Shown: one piece after another, positions 25,700 through 39,347 of the stretch
Layout of the letters: every line of letters starts with the position of its first letter
How positions within the stretch are numbered: the first letter of the stretch is position 1
DNA from: Octopus bimaculoides
Lineage: Eukaryota
Length of the DNA: 64,000 nt
Assembly (NCBI RefSeq): GCF_001194135.2
Contig: NC_068981.1
Span: 106,668,820 to 106,732,819 of the forward strand
Direction of reading: 5' to 3'
Position numbers and translations under genes: made by a program
The notes under the pieces: generated by a model
What the model saw: only the letters and a program-made list of their open reading frames with translations
Database searches by the model: none
What the model was told of the DNA's origin: nothing

Positions 25700-26225
25700 A
25701 AATATGTTTACTAATGGCTCAAATTATCAATACATAATACCAGTGACAATGCTTGGTAAGATAGAACTTTAATATTTGCATTAATATCCCTAGTATGTGA
25801 ATCCAATGCTGTGGATATTATTAGATTACTGAGCTGAAGAAGAATGTTATTAAATGTCAATGCAATATTTGCAGCTATTCCATCTTTTAATTCATCTGCA
25901 AACATTTGGTCTTCCAGTGAATCTGTAATGAAAACAGTAAACTGAAACTTGATTCAAACTTCAGATGTAAGCTTTCACTAGTAAACTCCTTCTTTAAGTA
26001 TCTTAACTCATTGAAATAACTGTGGCAGTGGTAATGGAATCTTCTTGCTTGGTTAGCCAACAAATGCATTCAGCTTCCAGGTGGATGGTGATACCTGCCC
26101 CTGGATTTCTTAGCACAAACATAATGGTTCTCAAAAGGATTATTAGACTTGCACAAGACTGGCAAACAACAGAGAATACCAGATATGACCATTTAGATTT
26201 AGTCTCAATGGTAAAAGTGTATGGA
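25700..26225 (-). pseudogene. highly degenerate LINE reverse-transcriptase remnant (CR1/L2-like)
   Basis: Minus ORF starting MFADELK resembles the (Y/F)ADD catalytic motif; flanking similarity is weak. Confidence 0.3.
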
Positions 26226-26227
26226 CT

Positions 26228-26500
26228 CGCTTCAGTCATGAATGACAATGGAATTGCACCTAGAAAGTTTCCTTTCGAGGCACAAGTCCACGCAAGGTTG
26301 TCTTATGGAAGACCAGCAGTTGCCCATGCATGCCAGCCTCCCCTTTCCATGCCACCACTGTTATCCAAGGGAAAAGCAAAGGCTGATGGAGCTTGGCACC
26401 AGTGATGTCGCAACTCATTTCTACAGCTGAATGAACTGGAACAATGGGAAATAAAGTGTCTTGCTCAGAACATAACACACAGCTCAGTCCAGGAATCAAA
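26228..26500 (-). mobile_element. SINE family B
   Basis: Matches 55057-55393. Confidence 0.8.
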
Positions 26501-27819
26501 TGGTATCCAACTATAAATTAATGATAGTGTTGGTGGTGTTTATTTGAACATTTTTGGAATGTTTTCTTTTTTATTTGATTTGTTATTTTGATTGCAGAAA
26601 TGTCTTAGAAATTGTATCAATTCTTGGGCATCAAAAATATCCTTCGAAATTACAGTTGATTTTCATTAGTGTATTTAAACTAATAGAATGAATCACTTCA
26701 TTCTTGGATGTCATATAAATTCATAAGTGACTTCACATACCAAAACAAACAAATAAATAAAATAGAATTGATATTCCTTTTCAAACAATAGACTTTAGTT
26801 AAATATTTGTGTAATCATTAATCAAGCTTATTACAACTATATTTGTTTCTCTTCCCCATCAATATATAAAAGCTTGTTTGATTGGCTAATAATTATGTAA
26901 TGATGATTGGACAATAATTGCATTAAGACAGTTGGCCAATATCATTGATGGCAGGTATTCATCTTAGACTTTAAAGTAGGACCTAAAAAAAATTATCCAA
27001 GAAAGCTGAAATATAAAATTTGCTTCTATTCACAGCATCAATTTTGGTTCCTAGAACATAGATTGGATTGAAAATGTTAAAATATTTGAATGTTTAATTC
27101 AGTTTGAGAAAAAAAAAAAGCCTACTAAGTTTCAGATTTGAAAACAATTATCTCATAGTTATGGTTTCTTTAGACTCATTACCATTACTAATGCAAATTT
27201 CACAATAACTGAATAAAATCAATAGTTAGCATAACATTTCTGAAAATGTGTAAAATGTAGCTTGCTAATGTCTGCATGCACACACATGCATGAGAGTGCA
27301 TAAATAATAAATGGATTTTATAATTGCAATTATATTTCATCATAGTCAAAATGATATTTAATCATTTGTGTGCAGTTTATTAGTAGTACCTTTAATTTAG
27401 CAACATTGTTTTTTTTCCTCTCAATTATAGTCATTTCATTATATGGCTTTTGTATTTATCATTGATAAGAAGAATTTGTTTTTCCTCTCTTAGATATCTT
27501 ATAAATCAAAGATTTTTTAAAAACTTTTTTTTTTTATATCTCAAATGCAGATTGAATTATTATTAAAATTTCTATGAAAGGATAGAATTGCAGTGGGTTC
27601 CTTAAGGCTGACTTCTTAACAACTTAGCTCATTGTTACCATGCTTCATTTGCATTATATTAAACTGATCAGTGAAGCCAAATTGACTTCAATTTCTAAAG
27701 CCATTCTTGTATCAGTTGATCATTGAAGTTATGAGTGTTGTAGGTTTTGCCAATTATGACGGTTTTCCATGTCAGCATTTATCGAGCAGTTTAACACAAC
27801 TTTCACTACATCAGGCAAT

Positions 27820-28200
27820 GATCTGCTAGAAATAACAGTCAAATATTTCTTAACTTACACTCTATCATATTAAAAAAAAAAAGACAGCTTGAATAATGTA
27901 GTTCTAGATGTTCTTGATAAAAGATTGGGTCATGAGTGAAACACTTTTGAATACAGGTCTGTTTAATCTGTGCTAACCTGGTAGTGAATAACATTTGCTG
28001 CTGAATCATCATTTCTGTGAGTTTTAATGTCTTCAGATCCTTTCTGACTACTTTTTCCAAATTTGTCCTGTTGATGCAAACTGAATCTGTTTATCCTTAC
28101 AACATCACTAGTGAAGTTCTCTCAATATTGGCTTGAACCACCATAAGTCATCATATTCTTTATGAATAGCAGTACTAGAGGGGTTCACTTTTCGGGTTTG
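27820..28200 (-). pseudogene. RTE ORF2 C-terminal remnant
   Basis: EKVVRKDLKTLKLTEMM resembles 48840-48870 and the typical RTE C-terminus. Confidence 0.45.
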
Positions 28201-29954
28201 GTTCTTTTACACTCCAGTTTCAACTTCTGAAGCATGTACATAATTTGTGGGTTTGTGTATCGAAATCCTTCCATAAATATTGTTCTTTTAAACAAAATAT
28301 GCTAAATTTTTTCTTTTTTTATTCTGTAAACCATGAATATAGAAGTAACACCTTTCTTTTCTTTTTAAGGTAGACTGAAATTTATAACTTAATATGCTTT
28401 GAGTCTACTGAAAAAGAATAAAGTGTTACTACAAATTTCATAGTTAAGCCAACCTGACTCTCACCATGTCTATAGCAAAACAAATCTTAATGATTCATAT
28501 AAATTGATGAATCTTAAAAATTATCCAATTGCTTTTTTTCATTCTTCTGTCTTATCTGCTGTTCTATAATTGGGTTCTAAATGTTTTCATTTTATTGCTT
28601 TTACCAATATGTAATAGTATTCTGGCATTTAAAAACTGGAAGAAAATTACTACTCTGTAGAGCTACTTTTTCAAACAAGGACATTAAAAGTTCACAAAAT
28701 ACATAACTGCATAATGAAGGGTATGTAGAATCATAGTAAGAATACAAAACAGATCTGCTATATACATCATCAAATGAACAAATATAACAAAAAATCTTTC
28801 TCTCTCTCCCTCTGCATATTAATAAAAGAATAATTTTCATTTTTTGATATTTGTATGGGATGTTGTTGAACAAATATGACTTAAAATGAAAACTATTGTT
28901 AGAGAGAATGTTGAAACAAAATCACTGGGATTGGTTGGCATTGACAGATAAGAATTTTGGTGGAGGCCTGTGTTAAGGAAAGGCCTTCCCAAAATGTCAC
29001 TTACTGCATGGCATACCAATGTGCATTGCTTGCATTTTCACTTGAAAAAAAGAAAAAGAAAAAAAAAAAACCCAGTTTATTTGAATTTTAATGATTGAGA
29101 ACTCAGTATATAATTTTATCATTTTGGTTACATGGGTATTATAGTGTTCATTCAATCAGTTATACTTCTCTCTCTTTCTGCATAGGAGAGAAACCTGTAT
29201 ATTTTGAAGTATTAAATAGAGGCTAGGGTTAGCAAAAACCATGTAGTATTTAACTTGGTTTGTACAGGTGGACACAAGGTGTAGATAACTAGAAAAAAAA
29301 AATATCTGCATAAGGAAGAGTGGCTATGAGTCATTGATTAATATTATTGTGATTTTTTTGACAAGTGTCGTAGGCACACCTGAACATGTTTCAGTCTTAT
29401 TTGACCTTTTCAGTGAACCAGAAATTCTACTGTACTTACTGAAGTAGTGATGAGTGAATCACTAAATAAATAAATGTTCCAGAATGTACACTTGTTGCTG
29501 TGATAGAACCTTTCTTTGAGTAAATTATTCTTAGATACCATCCACATGAATAATACTTGTTAAGTTGTGGTAACATTTAAAGCAGAGGACATTGTTAGAG
29601 CATTTAGTTTTGTCTTTTTCAGGTTTGTGTTCAAATCCCACAGGGGTAGTTTTTTTACTTTTTGCCTTCACCTGGACTCATTGAAATAAGTACCAGTTAT
29701 ATACCAGATTATACTTTTCCTATATGAACTGTCTTAGGCCATCAGTCAGATAAATAAATATACTGATTTTTAGAGACTAGATATTTCTGTCTTTTGCTGG
29801 GTAAACTTCTCTTTTGTGTTTACTTTTTCTATCTTAATAAGAAAAGATAATTTCTGTAAAATATCAGCAATAGTTTTCATTAGTTAATTAAAGAAATGGA
29901 GGTGGTATGTGTTAGTATTTAAAGACTCGAGCAGACTTGTGAGATCAGCACAGT

Positions 29955-30170
29955 TCTTTTTATTCTTTTAGTCATTTGCTTGTTTCAGTCATTTGACTGT
30001 GGCCATGCTGGAGCACTGCCTTGAGGGTTTTTTTTAGTCAAACAAATTGACCCCTGGGACTTATTTTTTAAGCATAGTACTTATTCTATCAGTCTCTTTT
30101 GCCAAACCAATAGTTAAGGGAATGTAAAAGTGATGGGGGACAAGCACAGACACAAAGACACATGTACATA
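29955..30170 (-). mobile_element. SINE family A, 3' half
   Basis: GTTTCAGTCATTTGACTGTGGCCATGCTGGAGCACTGCC. Confidence 0.8.
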
Positions 30171-30409
30171 GATATATATAATATTTTTCACCTTGTTCTG
30201 GTCTAACGGCTCTCCATGTTTGTTTCTGTTCGGTTTCTTTGTATGTCTCCACTGTCCTGTTTTTGTTCCCAATTTTGACCCTCCATAAAATCCAAAATTT
30301 ATTTTGGAAGTTATGGGAGCAGCTGTCTTTGAAGACTCATATTGTCTTTGAATGCTTGAAAAGAGGAGTAGATAGACAGCCGACAACTGATGAAATTTAT
30401 TAATTGGAC

Positions 30410-30550
30410 ATCAGTGCTCAAGTGGTACTTATTTTATCAACACTGAAAGGATGAACAGCAAAGTCAGTCCCAGTGGCATTTGAACCCAGAATGTGAAGAT
30501 GGACAAAATGCTGTTAAGTATTTTGCCTTGCATGCTGACAATTTTGCCTT
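30410..30550 (-). mobile_element. SINE with ATAAAATAAGTACCA central motif (family F)
   Basis: Reverse complement reads GGGTTCAAATGCC...CATCCTTTC...GATAAAATAAGTACCA. Related degenerate copies at about 29585-29715, 45600-45680 and 57600-57760. Confidence 0.6.
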
Positions 30551-31697
30551 GTTTGCTGTTTTCACAAGTTAAATATTAACATGATTTAAACAACTAATTT
30601 TTCAACAGTGATATATTAGATGGCAGGAAGGGGAAGGTTGAGTCAATATGGTACTATCTCTGGTTACTTAACTTTACATATCTCTGCTTAATTAAATGTT
30701 GGGAACTGACGCCAGATCTCCCAGGAATGTTACCTGCAATAAACTCAGTTTAATTAATCATTCATTTTGTATAACATTTGTTTTTCCATGTTCACATGGC
30801 TTAGGCAAAAGGTAATTGAGGAAGAATTTTTACAGTCAGATGTTCTTGTTGCCTACCCTTATCTCCTTTTCATGTAAGGGATAATTTATTCCAGAGGAAT
30901 TTGAAAATGCAGAACTAGCTTGCAGGCAGTTTGTTGACATCACTAGTTGTAACCCTACCACAATGGTGATATGGTTGTAAACATCCACACAATCACACAG
31001 CTGCATATGCACGTGTTCACACACATACACACATGTTGAATTCTTTCAGTTCCCTCTCCAAAATTCCATCATAGAGCATTATTTAGCTGGGGATTATCAT
31101 AGACATTTACTCAAGGTGCTATACCGTGGGACTGAACTTAAACTTGAACCTGAACTTCTTTACTGTTTCCAAACCTGTGCCTCGTCTTAGAATTGAATAC
31201 CAACTTTATTAAAATGAATAGTTTGTGACAGGAGACATTTCTTGTTAATTCCCATGTCAACTCCATCTGAGCAGACCTATAATCGAAAGAATTCCAACCA
31301 TCCCCATCTCATTTTTACTGTAGATTTCATGCATCTTCATATCTATTCCATGCTGTAATTCTCATTGAATTGTCTTAGATAGTAGCATATCTGTTTTTCT
31401 GTGAGAAGAGGTTGCTAACCTTCTCTTAACTTTTCTTCATTTCTAAAGAAATGACTGCACTACATCTTGAACTACTTTATCTCATGTGTCCTTCCTTTTC
31501 TAAGAGAGCATTGTGTAATATGAGGGCAGTTTGGTTGCTATTTGTTGTGGCATTTATCATTTTCATAGGTGGCCACAATTATATTTGGTATAAATCTCAC
31601 ACTGAATTAGTGCAGCAAAGTTCATATTGTTAGTTTTGGAGCATTAGTATTGACAGCAAAGTTTTTATGGCTAACGATGGTTAATTGATTTTTGTAG

Positions 31698-31745
31698 GCT
31701 CTAATCATGTCTGAAGAGTTTCTTAAATTGGCATCGCTTTTTAAG
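31698..31745 (+). CDS. candidate 48-nt exon (phase 0-0), ALIMSEEFLKLASLFK
   Basis: Acceptor GATTTTTGTAG, donor AAG/GTATCT, open symmetric frame. Confidence 0.3.
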
Positions 31746-32107
31746 GTATCTTTATTTGTTTTAATTAAAAATTAAATGATTAATATTATATTTGCTACCA
31801 TCTAATAGCACTGTATTGATTAATTTGCTTAAATATTCTTTTTATGCAAATTTTTTTTCTCGTTTTTTTTTTTTTTTTTTTTTTTTTTTTGTCATTCAAT
31901 TTTTATAAGGAATATTTTGTTTTGCATCCAGATTGCCCTTTTATTAGCATTCTGTGCTTTGAAGTTATAAACCAGCATGCATAGCAATTTTCTTTTTACT
32001 AAGTGATCAAACACAAGCCATTTGTACATTGTGAAGAGAGTTTTCCATAGTTTTCATTTGAAAAGCTATTAATAGAATGAAGGATTCTAATATTATTTAT
32101 GCATGGT

Positions 32108-32148
32108 CAAGTTTATTGAATGCCTTTATGAGGCATTCAATAAACTTG
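32108..32148. repeat. perfect 18-bp inverted repeat with 5-nt loop
   Basis: CAAGTTTATTGAATGCCT-TTATG-AGGCATTCAATAAACTTG. Confidence 0.95.
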
Positions 32149-32786
32149 GATGGTGAGTAGATACCAGTGTTGGATGTAATTCTTGCAGAACTCTCCCTCG
32201 AACTTTAGCCATTTTGGAGTCACGCATCTCCCTTGGAGTATGTTTGTACCAACTACAGATGAGTTAGTGAAGGAACCTCTGTGCTAGAAATAGCTGTCAA
32301 ATTGCCTTCGGATTACTCACTGCACATTGGGAAAAGACAAAATGGTCATGACTAGAATGCTTTTGATCCGGGCTGACATGGCATTAAATAACAACAAAAC
32401 TAGTTTTTGAAAATCTCTATCTCCAGGCTGATTTCACTTATACGTGATTCAGGCTCACAACTGCAAGCCTCCAAACTGCATACCAGTTTCCAATTATTAT
32501 TATTGGCCAGCTGGCAGATTCATTAGCAAGCTGGATGGTGACATAATATTCAACTAAAAGAAAAAAGTACTGAAAATTAATTCATAGTTATAAGCTATTA
32601 AAATTACAGCACATTGCAAAGAAAACCTAGTTTGGATACAATAGTATTCAGTACAGGTTATTCCTCTCTTCCACCACAAACCACCATTTTCTAAAAGATT
32701 TTTCTCAAATATCTCAATTTATTTTGTTTTAATGCTGCTACAAATGAGCAGACCTGTTCAGTACACTAAAATAACTAGTTGAATGT

Positions 32787-32793
<7 letters not shown>

Positions 32794-32873
<80 letters not shown>

Positions 32874-32882
32874 TAATAATAA
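32794..32882. repeat. (TAA)n microsatellite
   Basis: Read directly. Confidence 0.95.
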
Positions 32883-33409
32883 NNNNNNNNNNNNNNNNNN
32901 NNNNNNNNNNNNNNNNNNNNNNNNNNNNNNNNNNNNNNNNNNNNNNNNNNNNNNNNNNNNNNNNNNNNNNNNNNNNNNNNNNNNNNNNNNNNNNNNNNNN
33001 NNNNNNNNNNNNNNNNNNNNNNNNNNNNNNNNNNNNNNNNNNNNNNNNNNNNNNNNNNNNNNNNNNNNNNNNNNNNNNNNNNNNNNNNNNNNNNNNNNNN
33101 NNNNNNNNNNNNNNNNNNNNNNNNNNNNNNNNNNNNNNNNNNNNNNNNNNNNNNNNNNNNNNNNNNNNNNNNNNNNNNNNNNNNNNNNNNNNNNNNNNNN
33201 NNNNNNNNNNNNNNNNNNNNNNNNNNNNNNNNNNNNNNNNNNNNNNNNNNNNNNNNNNNNNNNNNNNNNNNNNNNNNNNNNNNNNNNNNNNNNNNNNNNN
33301 NNNNNNNNNNNNNNNNNNNNNNNNNNNNNNNNNNNNNNNNNNNNNNNNNNNNNNNNNNNNNNNNNNNNNNNNNNNNNNNNNNNNNNNNNNNNNNNNNNNN
33401 NNNNNNNNN
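32883..33409. other. assembly gap
   Basis: N run. Confidence 1.
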
Positions 33410-33756
33410 TTTCTTTGCAATGTGCTGTAATTTTAATAGCTTATAACTATGAATTAATTTTCAGTACTTTTTTCTTTTAGTTGAATATTATGTCACCAAC
33501 AAAAATTACTACAAAGAAATTTGTTCTAGATGTTGGTGTTTTATTTTCATTTATTTTATTTTATTCATCATTGAATGTGAACAGCTTCCACCTCACCATT
33601 ATATTTAGGTATTTTGCTCACATCTTTTCACGGTTGTTTTGAAGTTTGAAATAATCATCTTTCTAATCATGTTCTGACCATTATGAATTTGATATTGATA
33701 ATTAAAACATTATTTCCGCTTCATTATCTTCAACCAACTACATTAGATTTCAGATC

Positions 33757-33808
33757 TTTAGTTATTGTATTTAGTGTGTATTTTTAGTTATTGTATTTAG
33801 TGTGTATT
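33757..33808. repeat. perfect 26-bp tandem duplication
   Basis: TTTAGTTATTGTATTTAGTGTGTATT twice. Confidence 0.9.
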
Positions 33809-34482
33809 GTTTGTTCCCTATCTTTAGCAGCCAGCTGTTTTCTCTAATTAGAATTCATTTATTTATTATGACACAATAGAGCTTTTATACTTATTCAATA
33901 ATTCGGTTTTAGTTAATATCATTAAATTTTTTTCGATAATTTTCTTGCAAAAATTTTCCTTTTGAAATTTTAACTTTTTGAGAAATTAACTTTTTTTTAT
34001 TAATAAATTACTATCAGTTCATACTTTTAATTGCACCACCTTTCTTTTTCTTTATCTTTCACTATCATTAAATTGGTTATTTCCTGTAGGAAGTAGAGAC
34101 ATATTTATGTTTTTCCAACAGTGAGAATAATAATTTAAAAAACAATTATGCAAATTCAATGCAAATCTAATCTAATTGGGTAATCTGAATTTTGTTTTAT
34201 TTCATTCTTGAAAATCGCTTTTTGTCACAGTTCATGTTTTTCTCTGTGTTATAAATGGCAAAGTTTTTCTTTTATACTTGAAATTCTAAAATTGGATTTT
34301 GAGCTTGCCTGGAATACTTAAGTTACAAATCACAATGGTACAATTGTCAGAAGTATTGTTTTGATCCCTGTCTGGTGATTGTAATCGGTGATGAGCATGT
34401 GTCTTAAAGATTTCATTTCTGCTGCACTATCAGTAGATGACATGTACAAATGGTAGTTTTATTTTTTATTTTACATATAAAT

Positions 34483-34528
<46 letters not shown>

Positions 34529-35191
34529 AACACACACACACACACACACGATATATGTTATTTTATACACATTTCTTCAAGTGCTTCAGACTTAAAGGTC
34601 TTAAAAACAGAAGTGTTAACAACACCAACACTTTGCTTTCTTGGTTGCAAATGTTTTTAATTTCCAGCTGTTTTAGCTCATCCAGACTTAAACTAAATTC
34701 TCCATTCATGTTATTATATATCTTGTGAATCATAATAATCTCATTTCTTTTCAGTATTTATAGTTACTTTATTTTGCTACACAAATTTAGCCTATTCACT
34801 TGATATGAAATTAAAGCTTGTTCAATTATTTCTATCATGTGAAATGATGCATCTCTATACACAGTTGATGGATAATTTTTCTTGAATTTACAACTTTTAG
34901 CCTTTAACTATGCCAAATGCACTTCTATTAATCTGTTTTGTTGTTATGCTCTCTACTTAGGAATATCCTATGGTGTATTTACACTCTATTTTACTCTCCA
35001 AAACACTTGTCTCTTTTCATTAAAATGATTCAATTTTGGAACACAAATTGTAAAGGTTTCTCTTCTCAGCATGAATTGTTTTTCTCCTTTGTTTAGTAAT
35101 GGTTTCATCAGAAAAAAATGTCTGTTCAGGGCCTTTAAAGACCTTGATTTGTGACATTGGTATGGTTGATGTTCTGCTTGCATATCTTCAG

Positions 35192-35242
35192 GAAAAATCG
35201 TGGATAGCAAGGGGATTCCAGATAGCTGATATTCTGTGAAAG
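35192..35242 (+). other. candidate stop-containing exon (phase 0: EKSWIARGFQIADIL*; phase 1: GKIVDSKGIPDS*)
   Basis: Acceptor CATATCTTCAG and weak donor AAG/GTGGAT. Confidence 0.2.
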
Positions 35243-37326
35243 GTGGATTGGATATAATATTTAGTGTTTTTTCTGTTTTCAAATAGCTTGGAGTCCTCAT
35301 ATACATAATGCAAAATTGGTGTCTGGTTAGGTTAGAGCAATCTAAAATCTTACTCACTTAATGATTTTGCTCATTACTGGATCAGAGCATTGACACTAAG
35401 AATATTTAAGATCATACATTGATATGTTAAGTGATGATGATGTGAAAATATTTTATGTAGGCATGATATACTAATTGTAATTTGAATTTACTGGTAAGTA
35501 ACATTTGTATAATGGATGTAATGTTATTATGGCCAGTGATTTTATTGGTTTAAAATGTTTTAGATGCAGCATGTATGTACGTGGCAGGGAAGCTAATGAA
35601 ATGTTGAAGGAAACATTTTGGAGAGGTTTTGTCAAGTGTGTGATCTTTAGAGTTAAATGGGCTGCAAATGTGAAAAACTTTTTGTCTTGGCATCTTGCTC
35701 AGGGAACCATCTTGGTAGTGCTTTTATTAGCAAGGCAGAGAGATGGGGTAACTTGTAGGTTGTGTTGGGGTTAACAAAGGCATCTTATTTTTAGAATGTA
35801 GTTTTGCAGGAGGTACAGTGGTTTGTAAAACAACCACTAACTTTGTAGAAGTGTAGATCTTGTTCTTCATTAATAACCAGTAAATCTTCAAAGTCCATAT
35901 TGACCACAACAAATGTGTTAAATAAACATGATTACAAGAAAACTTACTTCTCAAATACAATTTTACAGAAAAATCAAAACATGCTCATTTGAATTTTCTG
36001 CTAATCTACAGCAATGCATTGTGCTAGCAAATCATTGGCTCTTGCCACTTTCTCATCTTTAACCTCAACATCTCTCCCAGCCAATCATTGTCAAGACTTG
36101 GGTGGTGGTAGATTGCAGGTTAACTGAAGGAACTTGACTTCTTTTAAGCTAACCAGTTTAAACTTTAACTTTCTCGCTTGTTTGTTCCCTTATTTGTTTC
36201 TTAAATATATAAACTAGAGGAGAGTTACACAGAAAAATCTGACTGTCATTCTTTATGATTATATATATGTTTTCATATGTGTATGTATGTAGAAGTAAAG
36301 GTTTGTGTGTGTGCTTATGAATGTACAGTCTTGTGTGCAGATATAGATACATATGTTTATATTTACTTGTATAGAATGTGTATATAGATGCTTGTTGATG
36401 TAGTGTGTGTAATTCTAATATGAATGTGCAAGTATGTGGTTAAACCCTCTCTTGACAATTTTATATCTCTTTGTTCCATAGCTGTATAGATATTATTGTA
36501 TTTTTGAAAGACAACTATATATTGCTTGCTTTGATATCTCAATGAAAGTGAGTCATAGTAAGGTTGTATAAGATGCTATATGGGAATATAATTGTTGTTT
36601 AACCCAAGGTCATTTCAGATCAAGCAAATCTATGATCAAAAGGCATTCTAGCTATGATTTCAATTTTTAAAAAAATAAATTTTAGACATTTATATCAAGG
36701 ATTTATGTTATGTAATCTGTACTTTTTATGATTGTAGGTTGTGATTTGAGGGATATTTGACTGCTATTTCTAGCAGGGGTAGCATATAGATGGTCTCAAG
36801 TTGGTTCATTTGGAAATGTGATGTCCAATATAGCTAAAAAAAAAATCTAATGAGCATTAAAAAAACATTTCCCTTTCAACCACAAATAGCATATATTCTA
36901 TGAAAACTATAAGCATTAACTTCAGGAAACATTCACTCTGTTAACTTGAAACAGAACAACACACTTAGGAACAAGTCAAACTTCTAACAGAACGCAGCAT
37001 TGTTCTTTGCACTTAAAGGGATGAGCCTTGCAGAAGCACTTGACACCATCTGTCTCATCAAAAATGCTCAAAAGCTCACTCATGTGCACACACATGCATG
37101 CATGTACATGCGCGCGCACACACTTTTTTTTTTTCAGAAATGGAAACAAAACAAAGTTCATCTCAATAGCCCAACTTACTTGAATCCTGGAATTGATGAC
37201 ATCTTAGTAACCTTGTCTTTGTTGTTGAATGTGCAATACATTAAGCATTGAATAGATATAAAAAAAAATTCTGTCTACCTTGAGAAACACATCATTATCA
37301 CGACAGTCTTTTGAAATGTTCAACAG

Positions 37327-37500
37327 AGCGTAGGAGTGGCTCTGTGGTAAGTTGCTTGCTTACAAACCACATGGTTCCAGGCTCAGTCCCACTGTGTGGC
37401 ACCTTGGGCAAGTGTCTTCTACTATAGCCTCAGGCCGACCAAAGCCTTGTGAGTGGATTTGGTAGACAGAAACTAAAAGAAGCTCGTCGTATATATATAT
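37327..37500 (+). mobile_element. young SINE family A head running into a gap
   Basis: Close match to 44849-45015. Confidence 0.9.
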
Positions 37501-37777
37501 NNNNNNNNNNNNNNNNNNNNNNNNNNNNNNNNNNNNNNNNNNNNNNNNNNNNNNNNNNNNNNNNNNNNNNNNNNNNNNNNNNNNNNNNNNNNNNNNNNNN
37601 NNNNNNNNNNNNNNNNNNNNNNNNNNNNNNNNNNNNNNNNNNNNNNNNNNNNNNNNNNNNNNNNNNNNNNNNNNNNNNNNNNNNNNNNNNNNNNNNNNNN
37701 NNNNNNNNNNNNNNNNNNNNNNNNNNNNNNNNNNNNNNNNNNNNNNNNNNNNNNNNNNNNNNNNNNNNNNNNNNNNN
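37501..37777. other. assembly gap
   Basis: N run. Confidence 1.
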
Positions 37778-39347
37778 TAGAATCCGGCAAGTAGGAACAA
37801 GCTGATGTTGAAATTACCTTTGAAAACAACTAGTTCTAACAGTTGTTTGTCTAGTTGACCAATAATGGGCCCAGAAACAATAAGGCTGTGGGGTAAATAA
37901 AATCTGTACTCGTGAAAACCCAGCCTCCTTTCCATCTTTCTTGAAAAACTGGCATGGAATGGAAAATGTCAGCTGTAATGAAAGTTTCAATCTTGAATGA
38001 ATGAACAAACACACACACAGACTATCTTAATTTTTGTTTACCTCTTTTATTATTTATTAAGATTATCTCTGGTTAAATGATGTTCAAAGCTGATGTCATA
38101 TGGTAGATTTCTATTTTATCTTTCTTGTTTTTCCATATTTTTATTATACAAATATCGATTCGTAAGAAACTGCTAAAAGATCTTTGTAAATAAGTTGGAA
38201 TTTTTTTTGTTCAATTATTCTTGCTATGTTTTCACTTTTTGTTTAAGAATTCAATAACTATCTAATTAAGAAAAATTCTCTGCAGTCAATATCAAAGCTG
38301 AAATACACACCAAAATATTTTTCTGATAATTTTTCTGGCACTAATTTGGAATGAGATTGTTAATAATGTGAGAGGGTTATTATAGCATAAATATTTGTAG
38401 GAAATGGGAGAAAAAAAAAAATCATATTCATGGGATTAAATTTATTTGTATAGCACTACCTTACTAAATGGGTCATCTAATTTTTATGATGCGTGGTGTA
38501 CTTTTGCTGTACTGTTAGCATATATTGCATTATGTTAGTGTGAATAAGCCCAAAGGATTTTAAATCTCAACCAGACATGACTGTGTGGTTAAATTTGTTT
38601 CCACTATGTAGCACCTTGGCCAAATCTCTTCTACCATAGCCTTGCATCATCTAATACCATGTGAATGTAATTTATTAGATGAAACTGTATATCAGACTAG
38701 CTTGTATATATTTGCTGACATATATTGGCAAAAAATGCAAGCATTGGTAAAGAAATTGACGAGCTAGCACTTTTGAGTTAATGTACTCTAGTATTTATTC
38801 TGCTTGAGTTTCCCAGACACTCCCTTAACACTGTTACCATTATAAATCCAGTGAACCAGTGATTGAACTGTTGGAAATCTATAACCAAAGATGCTGTTGT
38901 TCAGGAAATGTAATATAATAATAAATATGAAATATTTGCAATTATGAAGTACTGACTTATTGAGATTTGCAGTTAGTCAAGTCAGCTTCGTAACTGAAGG
39001 GTTAACAGTTCTTATTTTCTCTCTAGTATTGTACTAGCAAAAAACAAATTATATTGGCTCAGGTCACATTGAATGGGAAGAATGGTTATGCCAGACTGAA
39101 TGACAAACAGTATGTAATTATGTTCATTTATTTTCTAAATGAAAATCTTGACAGTGTCATCTTTGCTTCTCATTTCTGTAGGATCAATAAAATAAGTATA
39201 ATTGAGGATGAGGGTCAACTTGATTCGTTGTACCACTCTTCTTACACAATTGTGGTGTCTGTAGGTGACACTGGGATTAGTGAGGGAGATGAGGACAGGT
39301 GATAGTGACCTTTTTACCATAAGGTCAACTGTTGTAACAAGACATAA

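Larger units (their letters stand above)
32536..33498. repeat. perfect 89-bp inverted repeat (32536-32624 / 33410-33498) spanning (TAA)n and a gap
   Basis: The sequence starting at the right gap edge is the exact reverse complement of 32536-32624. Confidence 0.9.

Noticed and set aside
29186-29226. GEKP as a C2H2 zinc-finger linker
   Set aside because: No Cys/His finger follows; a stop comes 13 codons later.
34986-35357. 123-aa minus ORF, the longest unexplained non-repeat ORF
   Set aside because: No domain recognised; by rough estimate about one ORF of this length is expected by chance in 64 kb of this composition.
36020-36090. Paired ATTGG/CCAAT boxes as a promoter
   Set aside because: Short motifs with no supporting TSS or CpG context.
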